A DNA stretch of 64,000 nucleotides from Candidatus Latescibacterota bacterium (GCA_965248755.1 OZ252149.1:3040001-3104000); one strand, 5' to 3'; numbered from the stretch's first letter, positions 8,493 through 18,899 are shown. The notes: generated by a model from the sequence alone, not told the origin. Numbers and translations: made by a program.

Positions 8493-10850
8493 ATGGATAC
8501 TACATTTTTGGAACAGACAGAACTAGTAGAAGAAGTACTGGAAAAGGAAAACGAGCATCCCGAACTACAACAACTCCTTTTAGTGGTATCCTTTTACAAT
8601 GAGAGAGCGGATTTTGAGTCGATCTCCAGGGCCTACCACTTTGCCGAGCTTGCTCACAGGGGACAGTTTAGAGAATCAGGGTGTCCCTACATCATCCATT
8701 CCATCGAGGTAGCCAGGATCTTATCCAATCTGCATTTAGATTCGACGACCATAGCGGCGGGGCTTTTGCACGACATAGTCGAAGACACGGGAATAACCCA
8801 CCAGCAGGTGAGCGCGGAGTTCGGCGAGGAGATAGCTACCTTAGTAGACGGCGTGACGAAGATAACCGAGTGGGACGCCCACTCCGTCCGGGAGCCTGCA
8901 AAAGTATCAGAGAGCCTTTCACAGGAAGACTCAATTTCCCAGGCGCAGTCTTCAAAGTCTCGCACTGAAAAAACACAGGAGATTATACAGGCGGAGAACC
9001 TGCGAAAGATGCTCCTTTCGATGGTCAAGGATATAAGAGTGATCTTAATTAAGTTTGCGGACCGTTTAAACAATATGAGGACATTAGAATCTCTGAGCCC
9101 CGACCAGCAAAAACGCATAGCCCTTGAGACCAGAGAAGTGTATGCACCGTTGGCACACCGCATGGGGATAGCCAGGATCAAATGGGAGCTTGAAGATTTG
9201 AGCATTAAATACCTCGATTTTGAGGCCTACCAAAGCATAAGAGAAAAGATCGCGTTGAAAAGAGATAAAAGGGAAAGATACATAGAAGAGATTAAGGTCC
9301 CGCTGCAAAAGGAACTTAAAGCCAACAAGATAGAAGCCGAGATCACAGGTCGTCCCAAAAGCTTCTACAGCATCTACAGCAAGATGAAAAAAAGGGGTCT
9401 GCCCTTTGAAGACATATACGATCTTTTTGCCATAAGGATAATAGTTGAAACCGTAAAAGAGTGCTATCACGTTTTGGGATTGTTGCACAGTATGTACACC
9501 CCCGTCACTGCTAGATTCAAGGACTTCATTGCCACACCCAAGTCGAACATGTATCAGTCCTTACATACCACGGTGATAGGGCCAAGTGGCGAGATGGTCG
9601 AAATACAGATCAGGACCAAAAATATGCATCAGACCGCAGAAGAAGGCATAGCCTCTCACTGGAGATATAAAGAAGGGCTGACAAAAGAAGACGAACTGGA
9701 CAAACACATGGTATGGCTTCGGCAGTTAGTCGAATGGCAGCAGGATACGGAGTCGAAGGACTTTATGGAGGAACTTAAGATAGACTTATTCCAGGACGAG
9801 ATATTCGTTTTCACCCCCAAAGGGGCTCTAAAGCGACTGCCAAGAGGAGCCACACCGCTGGACTTTGCCTTCAGTGTTCATACAGATGTTGGGCTGCACA
9901 GCCTGGGCGCGAAAGTCAACGGGAAGATGTCATCTTTGGGCACAGAGCTAAAAAGCGGCGACACAGTCCAGATTATAACCTCCCTCAAACAGGAACCCCA
10001 CACAAACTGGCTCGAAATAGTAAAGACCTCCAAAGCCCGGTCCAGCATCAAACACTGGTTAAAGGAAACGAGGTACACACACAGCGTGGAACTCGGCAAG
10101 AAGATGCTCGAAAGAGAATTCAAGAGATTAAGAATCAAGATTAACCAGGACGAGCTCCTGGATATAGCCCAAAGCTGCGGCGAACAGGACATTGACCACC
10201 TCTTTGCCAATGTGGGGAACGGTCAGATCACCACCGGCAGGATTACCAGCAAGATTATGTCCGAACCCTCCCAAAAAGGAATGAAAAGATCAGACATCCC
10301 TGGCATGACGGGCAAGACACTTCAGGGTCCCAAAAGAGTATCGGAAGAATTGTTTGACAAGAAGGTCAAAGGCAAAGGCATCAGGATTGAGGGTTTGGAC
10401 AATATGATGATTCAATTTGCCAAATGCTGCAATCCCGTCCCGGGTGACGGAATTGTGGGGCTTATAACCAGAGGAAGAGGTGTCTCGATCCACAGGGTCG
10501 ATTGTCCTAACAGCCTTGCGATGCTCCAAGCTGCAGATGACGATCCAGCCAGCGAAAGGATAGTCCCGGCAGAATGGGACACCCAAAAGGGCCAGTCGTT
10601 CATCGTGCCGATACTTGTTCAGGCAGTGGACAGGAAAAACCTCTTAAGAGACATAACCAGGGTCTTTGCCGAGACTAGGACGAACATCAGAAGTGGATCA
10701 TTAGGTACCAAAGAGGACATTTCATACAACAATTTTGAATTAGATGTCAGAAATCTCCAGCACCTCAGTGGGTTGATCAAGAAGCTATCGAAGATCGACG
10801 ACGTCATCGACGTAAAGCGTTTAGATGAGCCAGAAGCGCTTGACAGTTAA
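8493..10850 (+). CDS. rel: Bifunctional (p)ppGpp synthetase/hydrolase
   Basis: HD motif LHDIVED, RFKD synthetase, YQSLHT, TGS, CCNP ZFD and ACT domains. Confidence 0.97.
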   Translation: MDTTFLEQTELVEEVLEKENEHPELQQLLLVVSFYNERADFESISRAYHFAELAHRGQFRESGCPYIIHSIEVARILSNLHLDSTTIAAGLLHDIVEDTGITHQQVSAEFGEEIATLVDGVTKITEWDAHSVREPAKVSESLSQEDSISQAQSSKSRTEKTQEIIQAENLRKMLLSMVKDIRVILIKFADRLNNMRTLESLSPDQQKRIALETREVYAPLAHRMGIARIKWELEDLSIKYLDFEAYQSIREKIALKRDKRERYIEEIKVPLQKELKANKIEAEITGRPKSFYSIYSKMKKRGLPFEDIYDLFAIRIIVETVKECYHVLGLLHSMYTPVTARFKDFIATPKSNMYQSLHTTVIGPSGEMVEIQIRTKNMHQTAEEGIASHWRYKEGLTKEDELDKHMVWLRQLVEWQQDTESKDFMEELKIDLFQDEIFVFTPKGALKRLPRGATPLDFAFSVHTDVGLHSLGAKVNGKMSSLGTELKSGDTVQIITSLKQEPHTNWLEIVKTSKARSSIKHWLKETRYTHSVELGKKMLEREFKRLRIKINQDELLDIAQSCGEQDIDHLFANVGNGQITTGRITSKIMSEPSQKGMKRSDIPGMTGKTLQGPKRVSEELFDKKVKGKGIRIEGLDNMMIQFAKCCNPVPGDGIVGLITRGRGVSIHRVDCPNSLAMLQAADDDPASERIVPAEWDTQKGQSFIVPILVQAVDRKNLLRDITRVFAETRTNIRSGSLGTKEDISYNNFELDVRNLQHLSGLIKKLSKIDDVIDVKRLDEPEALDS

Positions 10851-10857
10851 GGGGCAC

Positions 10858-10886
10858 TTGACAAACGCACCGAAAAACTTTATATT
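10858..10886 (+). promoter_or_regulatory. Sigma70 promoter for tmRNA
   Basis: TTGACA-N17-TATATT. Confidence 0.7.
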
Positions 10887-10945
10887 AGTAGACAGAAAAT
10901 GGGGGGATGTTCCCTCTTATTACTGTGTACTGTTTACCTAAAGAC

Positions 10946-11302
10946 GGGGGTGAATTGGATTCGACGGGGATAGAGGATAGAGGAACTGCGCGCCGAGATC
11001 CCAGTGACTCGTAAAACAATTGGGACAAAATTCAACTGCAGACGATTATTCGTATGCATTGGCAGCTTAATTAGCTGACCCGTTCCTTAGAGCACTTGCC
11101 TGCGGGGTTCTAAGGAGCGTCGAAAAGTCAGGCTGGCTCGATCTTCTGCTCCTGATTATCGGGTAAGATTTCAAAGAGCTGGCAATTTGTATATCCTGTC
11201 TGTTGGAGATGCAAATTGTAAGATTAAATAGATAGACTACGCGTGTAGACGTTTCTTTTGAATTATCTGCGGACGCGGGTTCGATCCCCGCCACCTCCAC
11301 CA
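10946..11302 (+). ncRNA. ssrA: tmRNA; tag peptide (A)ADDYSYALAA at 11038-11070
   Basis: 5' GGGGGTGAATTGGATTCGAC, 3' GGTTCGATCCCCGCCACCTCCACCA, ALAA-ending tag frame. Confidence 0.97.
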
Positions 11303-11415
11303 TTTTTGGAGAGACAGCATACAGAGAGGGAGAAGTGCGCTTGCTCTGATTGAAGCTCTGATTGAAGCCCCGATTGAATCTATCGGGGGTCTGTCTACCT
11401 GCTTAGAGGAAGACT

Positions 11416-12168
11416 ATGCATAAAGATATAGACGTTATACTAGAGGACTGGGAATTTGATCCTAAAGGTCTTTTAGTCAGGAAGATAAGAGGATTAGATG
11501 GAAAAGAGAAGATACAGATGAGGGTGGAGTTAGGCGTTATACAGATGGATCTGGAAGGTAAACCCGATGGCACGAGACCCTACGGCTCAGAGTCCCTTTT
11601 GGACTACTATCTATCGTTGTTAAAAGAACATGAAAAAAGGGACACAGGCGAAGATTTCAAACTGGACAACGACGACTGTGTGAAGCTACAGATGGAATTG
11701 ATGCAGTACTACCAAAGGCGCATAAGTTTTCTGGAGTTAGAGGAGTACCAAAAGGCTATAGGGGATGCAGAACACAACCTACAGATTATGGATCTAATAA
11801 AAGAATACGCACAGGAAGAGCAGTACAAAATAGAGGTAGATCGATGGAGACCTTTTGTAACTATGCAAATGACCAGAGCCGATGCCCTTATAAGCCTGGA
11901 CAGAAAGGACCACCAGGAGGCACTTGACAAAATACAAGAAGGAATAGGACAAATAGAGGACTTCTACAAGGAATACGAAAGAGAAGACCTAATCGAAATG
12001 AGCATCGAACTTAGAGCACTGACGAGTTGGTACGACGAAGTTGAGGCCAGCAAACCCCTGACCAAAGAGCAAAAATTAGAAAAGGAACTTGAGGAAGCCC
12101 TCGAAAGAGAGGACTTTGAAAGGGCTGTGCAGCTTAGAGACGAACTGAAAGAAATAAGAGACAAATAG
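11416..12168 (+). CDS. UvrB/UvrC-motif-containing protein
   Basis: C-terminal LEEALEREDFERAVQLRDEL UVR motif; GRP/DG N-terminal motif of the conserved family. Confidence 0.8.
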   Translation: MHKDIDVILEDWEFDPKGLLVRKIRGLDGKEKIQMRVELGVIQMDLEGKPDGTRPYGSESLLDYYLSLLKEHEKRDTGEDFKLDNDDCVKLQMELMQYYQRRISFLELEEYQKAIGDAEHNLQIMDLIKEYAQEEQYKIEVDRWRPFVTMQMTRADALISLDRKDHQEALDKIQEGIGQIEDFYKEYEREDLIEMSIELRALTSWYDEVEASKPLTKEQKLEKELEEALEREDFERAVQLRDELKEIRDK

Positions 12169-12364
12169 CCGTAGCTTCACGAGGGATGAATCGCGTTTAT
12201 AGGTTGACATTTTAGGCAAAACATTCCTTATGAGAGCCGAGCTTATCTCTTTGCCATTCGGCTAAAGGCTTGCGGACTTGTCCGTGGCTGATTTTTTCTT
12301 AAAACGGAGTAGTCACGTAGGTACACAAGGGGGACCAGAACGGTTCCCCTTGTGTATTGTTAGC

Positions 12365-12494
12365 TCAGGCCGTACACCTGGATCCCCGTCTCCGAACTTC
12401 TGAATTAAGGATCGGGCCTCTGTTCTCCAAGGCGGTGTGGCGGACGCCCACCAGCATCTTCACAGAGTGGTCAGGGCGCAGATCGTGGACCTGA
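12365..12494 (-). ncRNA. Candidate structured RNA (6S-like long irregular hairpin)
   Basis: Minus-strand ends TCAGGTC/GGCCTGA pair, with nested internal stems; no ORF; 16-bp hairpin downstream at 12321-12357. Confidence 0.35.
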
Positions 12495-12550
12495 CAGTAT
12501 GTTTGCGCACCTTTTTAGAACGTCCGAAGGCTTATTCAGCCGCCGAAAAA

Positions 12551-12579
12551 TTGACAAATAAAGCTGAAGAAATTATATT
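12551..12579 (+). promoter_or_regulatory. Sigma70 promoter for cca
   Basis: TTGACA-N17-TATATT. Confidence 0.7.
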
Positions 12580-12633
12580 CTTACCTAGCGCCAGATAAGT
12601 ATTCAAGCTTAAAATATCCTTGCAGTTTTTGCC

Positions 12634-13986
12634 ATGAAATCTTATCAAAATGCCCTTAAAATAGTCAATGTCCTCAAGGAAAGGGGCTTTGCGGCCCTCT
12701 TTGCCGGGGGATGTGTCAGGGATATGGTTATGATCCAGCGTGGACTCCGTGGCGTTGAGGCTACCGATTACGACATCGCCACAGACGCTCCCGTTGAACA
12801 GATAACCTCCATTTTTCCCAGAACCATCCCCATAGGGACCAAGTTCGGATCGGTGATAGTGGTTATGGACGGCCAGGAATACGATGTGACAAGATTCAGG
12901 AAGGAAGGAGTTTACAAAGACGGAAGGCATCCGGAAGAGGTAGAGTTTTTTCAAGAGCAGAGCGAAATACGACAAGACGCCCTGAGGCGGGACTTCACTA
13001 TAAACGGTATGTTCTACGACCCTGCAAAGGACGAGCTAATAGACCACGTCGGTGGGATTGGGGACATCGAAGATGGAATAATAAGGGCCATAGGAGAGCC
13101 TCGAAAGAGATTCGAAGAAGATAAGTTAAGGATGATAAGGGCGGTTAGATTTGCGTCTCGCTACAGCTATAAGATAGAGGAGGAGACCTTAAGCGCAATA
13201 GAAGAGATGTCCCATAAAATTCAACAGGTCAGCCCCGAAAGGATTAGGGCTGAACTTATAATGATCATTACTGATTATAGTCTCTCCCGTGGTGTAAGGC
13301 TTCTGATAGAGACGAGTCTTATGGATCACATAATCCCTGAAGTGGGCAAGATGGACGGCGTAGAACAGCCGCCGCAGTTCCACCCTGAAGGTGACGTCTT
13401 AACCCACACACTCATGATGCTGGACTATGTAGAATGCCCATCACCTGAGCTTGCTATGGGAGTCCTACTGCACGACGTGGGGAAACCCTCTACATTTCGC
13501 ATCGCAGACAGAATACGGTTCGACAACCACGCCAAAGTTGGAGCAGAGATGTCCGAGAAGATATGCAGAAGACTCAGATTCTCGAACGATCAGACGGAGC
13601 ATATAACCCAACTGGTGAGAAATCATCTCAAGTTTATGCACGTACAAGACATGAAAGAAAGCACCTTAAAGAGATTCTTAAGAATGGACAAGTTCGAGGA
13701 TCATCTCGAACTGCACAGGGTAGATTGCAAAGCCAGCCACGGGGATTTGAGCAACTGGGAATTTTGCAGAGAAAAGTTTGAGACCTTAAAGCATGATCAG
13801 ATAAGTCCTCTTCCCCTTCTAAATGGTCACGACCTCATAGAAGAAGGTTATACTCCAGGGCCTATTTTCAAAAAGATCCTGACCTTTGTAGAGGACCTGC
13901 AGTTGGAAGGAGTCGCATCAACAAAAGACCAAGCTCTCCAGCTCGTAAAGGCGAAATTCCCGCCCATATCAAGTGGACAGGGATAG
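12634..13986 (+). CDS. cca: CCA tRNA nucleotidyltransferase with HD domain
   Basis: GGCVRD, DYDIAT, RRDFTIN, EDKLRMIRAVRF, HPEGDV, LLHD. Confidence 0.93.
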   Translation: MKSYQNALKIVNVLKERGFAALFAGGCVRDMVMIQRGLRGVEATDYDIATDAPVEQITSIFPRTIPIGTKFGSVIVVMDGQEYDVTRFRKEGVYKDGRHPEEVEFFQEQSEIRQDALRRDFTINGMFYDPAKDELIDHVGGIGDIEDGIIRAIGEPRKRFEEDKLRMIRAVRFASRYSYKIEEETLSAIEEMSHKIQQVSPERIRAELIMIITDYSLSRGVRLLIETSLMDHIIPEVGKMDGVEQPPQFHPEGDVLTHTLMMLDYVECPSPELAMGVLLHDVGKPSTFRIADRIRFDNHAKVGAEMSEKICRRLRFSNDQTEHITQLVRNHLKFMHVQDMKESTLKRFLRMDKFEDHLELHRVDCKASHGDLSNWEFCREKFETLKHDQISPLPLLNGHDLIEEGYTPGPIFKKILTFVEDLQLEGVASTKDQALQLVKAKFPPISSGQG

Positions 13987-14013
13987 GAGCATGCCCTATC
14001 TACCTTTTAATTC

Positions 14014-14042
14014 TTGCGCTGATGTCCAATTCCTGTTATATT
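14014..14042 (+). promoter_or_regulatory. Putative promoter of the ParB/Srx-pncA-pncB operon
   Basis: TTGCGC-N17-TATATT with extended TG. Confidence 0.55.
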
Positions 14043-14076
14043 AAATCCACCAATAACGGAAATAAACCATCTTACG

Positions 14077-15000
14077 ATGTACAGGATAGATCAGTGTCTC
14101 TGCCCTGAAAATGAGGTAAATATGCTCACCGCGCAGGATTTGAAAAGGGCAAGCAAAAAAGAACCAAGTTCACACAGCCAGAATCTCCCACATTTGGAGA
14201 TCGTCCCCCTGAACAAGGTCTTGCTTCACGAGGACGCAGATCCCTACAGAGTAGAGGGACTCCTACAAAGATTAGGACAAGATAAGATCCTTCGCAATCC
14301 GCCCATTGTGGCAAAACTGGAAAGTGAACTCTATATGGTTCTGGACGGTGCCAACAGGATCACGGCCCTAAAAGAGATGAACTGCCGCGATGCTCTGGTT
14401 CAGATCGTGGGTTACTTCGATCCTGAGATTGAGCTTTCGACATGGTATCATCTTGTGGTAGATCGGACAGAAACCGACCTTTTCCAAAAGATAGATGAAA
14501 TCTACGGAATAGAGATGTACAGCACCGCACACGAAGAGGCTGAGACTCTTTTGAAGGAAAGACGGATCATTAGCTACGCCGATTTCAAGGACAACGGCAC
14601 CTTTGCGTTTGAGGGTGGAGACGATTTAGAATCTCAAATAGCCTCCCTGAACAAGATGGTGAGCACCTACAAAGGAAAAGCGCCGATATACAGAGTCACG
14701 ACAGACAGGATAGAGACGTTAAAGGAGGACTACGACAATCCCACCGCTGTTGTAGTCTTTCCACAATATACCAAGGGAGAAATAGCGAGCCTTGCCACAA
14801 ATGACATCAAGCTCCCCACTGGCATAACCAGACACGTGATCCCCCGACGTGCCTTAAGAGTTAACTTGAGCCTTGATATCTTCTTCAACTCAAAGACTTT
14901 AGAGGAAAAGAACCTCTGGCTTGGAGAGTATATAAGGGAAAAGAACGCCAGTAGACAGGTCAGATTCTACGCTGAGTCTACCTTTTTGTTCGATGAGTAG
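14077..15000 (+). CDS. ParB/Srx-fold protein, SerK/SbnI-like (start may be ATG 14122)
   Basis: LLHE..NPPIV..LDGANR N-terminus and C-terminal PTGITRH motif. Confidence 0.65.
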   Translation: MYRIDQCLCPENEVNMLTAQDLKRASKKEPSSHSQNLPHLEIVPLNKVLLHEDADPYRVEGLLQRLGQDKILRNPPIVAKLESELYMVLDGANRITALKEMNCRDALVQIVGYFDPEIELSTWYHLVVDRTETDLFQKIDEIYGIEMYSTAHEEAETLLKERRIISYADFKDNGTFAFEGGDDLESQIASLNKMVSTYKGKAPIYRVTTDRIETLKEDYDNPTAVVVFPQYTKGEIASLATNDIKLPTGITRHVIPRRALRVNLSLDIFFNSKTLEEKNLWLGEYIREKNASRQVRFYAESTFLFDE

Positions 15001-15070
15001 TAAAAAGTAGGTAGGTGGCGCCTTTCCCTGTTTACGGCCTGCTGTAAGAAAAGAGAGGGAGTGGTCAGTC

Positions 15071-15595
15071 ATGGCTGACGCAGTGATAGTTGTGGATATG
15101 CTCAGGGGCTTTTGCCAGGAGGGGAATCCTCTCTACTGTGGACCTACAGCAAGACAGATCATACCCAACGTCCAGAAGCTTTTAGATAAGGAACTGGGCA
15201 GCGGATCGAAGGTGATTTTCTTAATAGATACCCACGACCCCGACGACAAGGAATTTCAGATGTTCCCCGAGCACTGCGTGAGAGGGACATCTGAGTGCGA
15301 CATAATCCCTGAGCTTTCAACTTATCCGGCAGAGAGGTTAGAAAAGTCCAGATACAGCGGATTTTACGGGACAGACCTTTCAGATAGGCTCGAAAAGCTA
15401 AATCCTGACAGGATCTCGGTCTGCGGGGTCTGCACAGATATTTGCGTTCTTCACACGGTAGCAGACGCCAGAAACAGGGACTATCCCGTAGTAGTCTATA
15501 AGAACTGCGTGGCTACATTTGACGATACTGCACACAAGTTTGCCCTCGATCACATAGAGAAGATATTAGGGGCACAGCTTGTGACAGTTGAATAG
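15071..15595 (+). CDS. pncA: Nicotinamidase / isochorismatase family
   Basis: VVDM, DTH, PEHC, K, GVCTDICV catalytic motifs; adjacent to pncB. Confidence 0.85.
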   Translation: MADAVIVVDMLRGFCQEGNPLYCGPTARQIIPNVQKLLDKELGSGSKVIFLIDTHDPDDKEFQMFPEHCVRGTSECDIIPELSTYPAERLEKSRYSGFYGTDLSDRLEKLNPDRISVCGVCTDICVLHTVADARNRDYPVVVYKNCVATFDDTAHKFALDHIEKILGAQLVTVE

Positions 15596-16616
15596 ATCAG
15601 GGACACGGATGGGTAAGGACGTGCTCTTTCACTCCGCCCTTTCAAAGGACAGGGCGGATGTCTATTTTTCTCACGCACAGAAGATATTGAAGGCTGAGGG
15701 CATAGACGCAGACGTGACGATGGAGATATTCCCGAGCAGGGTGGGACTCCTGTGCGGGATAGAGGAAGTGCTCGATATTCTGGCAGAGGTACTCCCCGAA
15801 GGTTCCAAGAGTTGGTCATTGAACCAGGGGGAGATGATGGAGTCAAAGGAGATCGTCCTGAGGATCACGGCTCCGTACAGTGCTTTCGGCATCTATGAGA
15901 CAGCGCTTCTGGGAATATTGGCAAGTGAAAGTGGATGGGCGACGGCTGCAAGAGATTGCGTAGAAGCAGCAGCGGGCATCCCAATTATAAGCTTCGGCGC
16001 ACGGCACGTTCATCCCGATATATCGCACAGGTTGGAATATGCGGCCATAGTCGGAGGCTGTTCAGGGTGCGCCACACCTGCGGGATCGGCGTTAGCAGGA
16101 CGGAAGGCACAGGGAACAATCCCTCACGCAGTGATTCTGATCTTCGGGGATACACTCAAAGCCTTAAAAGCATTCGACAGACATATGCCGATGGAGATCA
16201 GGAGGATAGCATTGGTGGATACGTTCAGGGATGAGGCAGAAGAGAGCATAAGGGTAGCTGATGCTCTGGGCGAAAGACTCTGGGGCGTCAGGCTCGACAC
16301 GCCAGCAGAAAGAGGGGGAGTGACCCCTGATTTGGTCAAAGAGGTAAGGGCTCGCCTCGACCGCGCTGGACATGGCCAGGTGAAGATCGTGGTGAGCGGA
16401 GGACTCGATGTGGAGAGGATAAGGCAATTCGTAGAGAGCGACGCACCAGTGGACTCATTCGGAGTAGGGAGCGCCATAAGCGGAGCTAACCCTATAGATT
16501 TCACAGCAGATATTAAGGAAGTAAACGGAAAGGCGATCGCCAAAAGGGGAAGAATTCCGGGGATAACGCACAATCCGAGGTTAGAAAGGATAGATCTGAC
16601 GAATAGGCAGGCGTAA
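15588..16616 (+). CDS. pncB: Nicotinate phosphoribosyltransferase
   Basis: DVYF, FGARH, GTIPHA, LVDTF, VRLDT, SGG, FGVG. Confidence 0.9.
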   Translation: MNRSGTRMGKDVLFHSALSKDRADVYFSHAQKILKAEGIDADVTMEIFPSRVGLLCGIEEVLDILAEVLPEGSKSWSLNQGEMMESKEIVLRITAPYSAFGIYETALLGILASESGWATAARDCVEAAAGIPIISFGARHVHPDISHRLEYAAIVGGCSGCATPAGSALAGRKAQGTIPHAVILIFGDTLKALKAFDRHMPMEIRRIALVDTFRDEAEESIRVADALGERLWGVRLDTPAERGGVTPDLVKEVRARLDRAGHGQVKIVVSGGLDVERIRQFVESDAPVDSFGVGSAISGANPIDFTADIKEVNGKAIAKRGRIPGITHNPRLERIDLTNRQA

Positions 16617-16617
16617 A

Positions 16618-17238
16618 ATGAGTAGAAAATATAAGAATCCACCGATTATCGAAGCCAAGACATATACTTTCAAAGTAGTGGTCGAACCTGATGCCGACCG
16701 TTGGCACGCCTACTGCCCAGCCCTTGAACACTATGCCGCAGCAACCTGGGGATACACAAGAGAAGATGCCTATAAGAATATTCAAGAATTGGTGGAGATG
16801 ATAGTAGAGGGTATGACAGAAGATGGAGTCCCTATACCTGAGCCTGCAAGAGAAAAGGCTGAAGTCCCATCGGAGCAACTAGTAACAGTGGCCCCACAGG
16901 CTGTGGAGGAGAGAAATATCAGGTCACTTGAGCAACTGTACACCTTCAGAAAGCCACAACAGGTGTCCTCTTTTCTACAGGCTCATTCGTTTCTTGTCCC
17001 GTTATTGTTTGAGGCATACATCCAAATTGAGCAACACTTTCGATCAAATCCACAGGTCTTTCTTCAAGTCGTAACTGATCCCGAAGCAGCCGATGATCGC
17101 GAGTTGTTCATCTTCATTGGTACCAATCTTCCACCAGATGAGGCACTGGACAGACTGGACCGGTTAGATGAGGAATGGTGGTTTGATGCTATGGATAGTT
17201 CGAAGGGCGGTCTTTGTATTGATGTGGAATTTCTGTGA
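16618..17238 (+). CDS. HicB-like domain fused to a C-terminal acidic domain
   Basis: AYCPALE..ATWGYTREDA..I HicB fold at aa ~14-75; unrelated C-terminal domain. Confidence 0.65.
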   Translation: MSRKYKNPPIIEAKTYTFKVVVEPDADRWHAYCPALEHYAAATWGYTREDAYKNIQELVEMIVEGMTEDGVPIPEPAREKAEVPSEQLVTVAPQAVEERNIRSLEQLYTFRKPQQVSSFLQAHSFLVPLLFEAYIQIEQHFRSNPQVFLQVVTDPEAADDRELFIFIGTNLPPDEALDRLDRLDEEWWFDAMDSSKGGLCIDVEFL

Positions 17239-17519
17239 GCTTCGATTGGGTAGAGTATCTTGATCTTGCAGAGGAACTTGCTGGGTATCCCGTGAATCCA
17301 GCGAGTCAAGAGGCTAAATTGCGATCCTCGATTAGCAGGGCATATTACGCCGCGTTCAGTAAAGCACGGAATTACTTGCGCGATATTGAAGGGCTGTCTC
17401 TGTCGGGCACAGGAGAGGATCATAGACGTGTTCGAGAAGAATTCAAGAATAGTCCTGACAGAGTACGTAAAAAAATAGGTAATGATGTAGATCACCTGAG
17501 AACCAGCAGGACTAAGTAC
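17235..17519 (+). pseudogene. HEPN-domain protein truncated at IS3 copy 2
   Basis: FDW.EYL.LA and RSSISRAYYAAF; the expected RxxADY motif is missing. Confidence 0.75.
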
Positions 17520-17548
17520 TGTACTGCTTCCCAGGAAAGCGACACCAA

Positions 17549-18412
17549 TTAAGCAACCTGGGGTAGTAGATAAAATTGTTTTCTCCACTCTTTTGGGGTC
17601 TTATATCCCAGGGATGAATGAAGCCTGTTCTTGTTGTAATTATCGATCCACTGAGATATGATCTTCTCAGCCTGTTCAAAGGATTCAAACTTGTGAAGCC
17701 AAACACACTCTTGCTTGAGGGTCCTGAAAAAACGCTCTACAACACCGTTCCAATCGGGTTTACCACTTGGTATGTATTCCTGACGAATTCCCCAATATTC
17801 GGTACTGGCCAAATAGGCCCGAGCCAAAAAGATGGAACCATTGTCAGAGCGCAAAGTGAGACCCTGGGGGACAGCCTCCTTGGAAGTGTATCGAGAGATC
17901 ACGGCCCGATCCAGGGCATCTGTGGCCTCCAGTGCCCTCCCTTTTCGACTAAAACGATACCCAGGAACCTCCCGGCTTCCGTTGTCCACCACCGCAATAA
18001 GAGGACACCAACCATCTTTTCCACAGTAAATCTTTGTCAAGTCACTCGACCACAAACTGTCGGGACTATCCACCACAGAACGCTTCTGGGCAACCTGTGG
18101 CCCCTTTCTCCCGGGACGATTCCACAGCTTACACTGCCACCCCTTAAGCTTCATTATCCTATGAACCTTCTTAACGTTGACACATTCCCCTTCCTTGAAA
18201 CGAAGATGCGCCCAAACCCGCCTGTGACCAAATGCCTCTTCTTGGTCCAGTATCCCTCGAATACGAAAAGCAAGCTCCTCATCTATCACAGGCTCTTTAA
18301 CAGAAGAACTGACACCTCTATCCCTAAACCTATACAGAGTCGAACGATGCAAACCCAAAGCCAAAGCTACCACCTTGCGGGAATAGCCTCGACCCAAAAA
18401 CCGCCCACTCAA
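17549..18412 (-). CDS. IS3 transposase OrfB
   Basis: DDE motifs as in copy 1. Confidence 0.95.
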   Translation of the reverse strand: MSGRFLGRGYSRKVVALALGLHRSTLYRFRDRGVSSSVKEPVIDEELAFRIRGILDQEEAFGHRRVWAHLRFKEGECVNVKKVHRIMKLKGWQCKLWNRPGRKGPQVAQKRSVVDSPDSLWSSDLTKIYCGKDGWCPLIAVVDNGSREVPGYRFSRKGRALEATDALDRAVISRYTSKEAVPQGLTLRSDNGSIFLARAYLASTEYWGIRQEYIPSGKPDWNGVVERFFRTLKQECVWLHKFESFEQAEKIISQWIDNYNKNRLHSSLGYKTPKEWRKQFYLLPQVA

Positions 18413-18738
18413 GGCAACCGCTTCGTTTTTTTTAGACGGGCTACCTCTTCGAGTATCTCCAACTGGAGCGTCAACTGCCCTACCTTGCGCTCCAACCGGC
18501 TAACCTCTCGCTCCTTCGGATCCTTGCGACCACGCCGAGACTTCAGACTCTCCTGGCCCCCTTCTAAGAAACTATCACGCCAAGCATACGCCTGCGACTG
18601 GCTAATTCCATTCTTACGACACACCTCAGATAGATCTGCTCCTCTCAAAAGAGCCAACACAATCTCTCCCTTACGGGTCGCCGTCCAGCGCTTACCATCT
18701 TTCACTTCGGGGCTCGACACCTTGACCTCCCTTCTCAA
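18409..18738 (-). CDS. IS3 transposase OrfA
   Basis: Identical to the copy 1 protein. Confidence 0.9.
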   Translation of the reverse strand: MRREVKVSSPEVKDGKRWTATRKGEIVLALLRGADLSEVCRKNGISQSQAYAWRDSFLEGGQESLKSRRGRKDPKEREVSRLERKVGQLTLQLEILEEVARLKKTKRLP

Positions 18739-18899
18739 ACCCCAATTTGCGAAATATTTGTCGCTCTGTCAAGGGGAGCGGTATGGTACCCTTTAGCAAG
18801 GTGGGTCATCTGCCCAGCATCGTACCCTACAGCATATGCGGTTACATTGGATAATATAAAGGTGGACCCCATTCTTTCTACCGGAATGAAAACAAAACT

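Larger units (their letters stand above)
17520..18785 (-). mobile_element. IS3-family insertion sequence, copy 2 (1266 bp)
   Basis: 4-bp target duplication GTAC at 17516-17519 and 18786-18789; same element as 1514-2779. Confidence 0.95.

Noticed and set aside
11067..11303. 78-aa minus-strand ORF
   Set aside because: Antisense to tmRNA
10946..12200. Island integrated at tmRNA
   Set aside because: No integrase and no duplicate of the ssrA 3' end seen; housekeeping genes follow
12233..12290. c-di-GMP or other riboswitch
   Set aside because: Hairpins are present but the conserved aptamer motifs are not; more like a REP-type remnant
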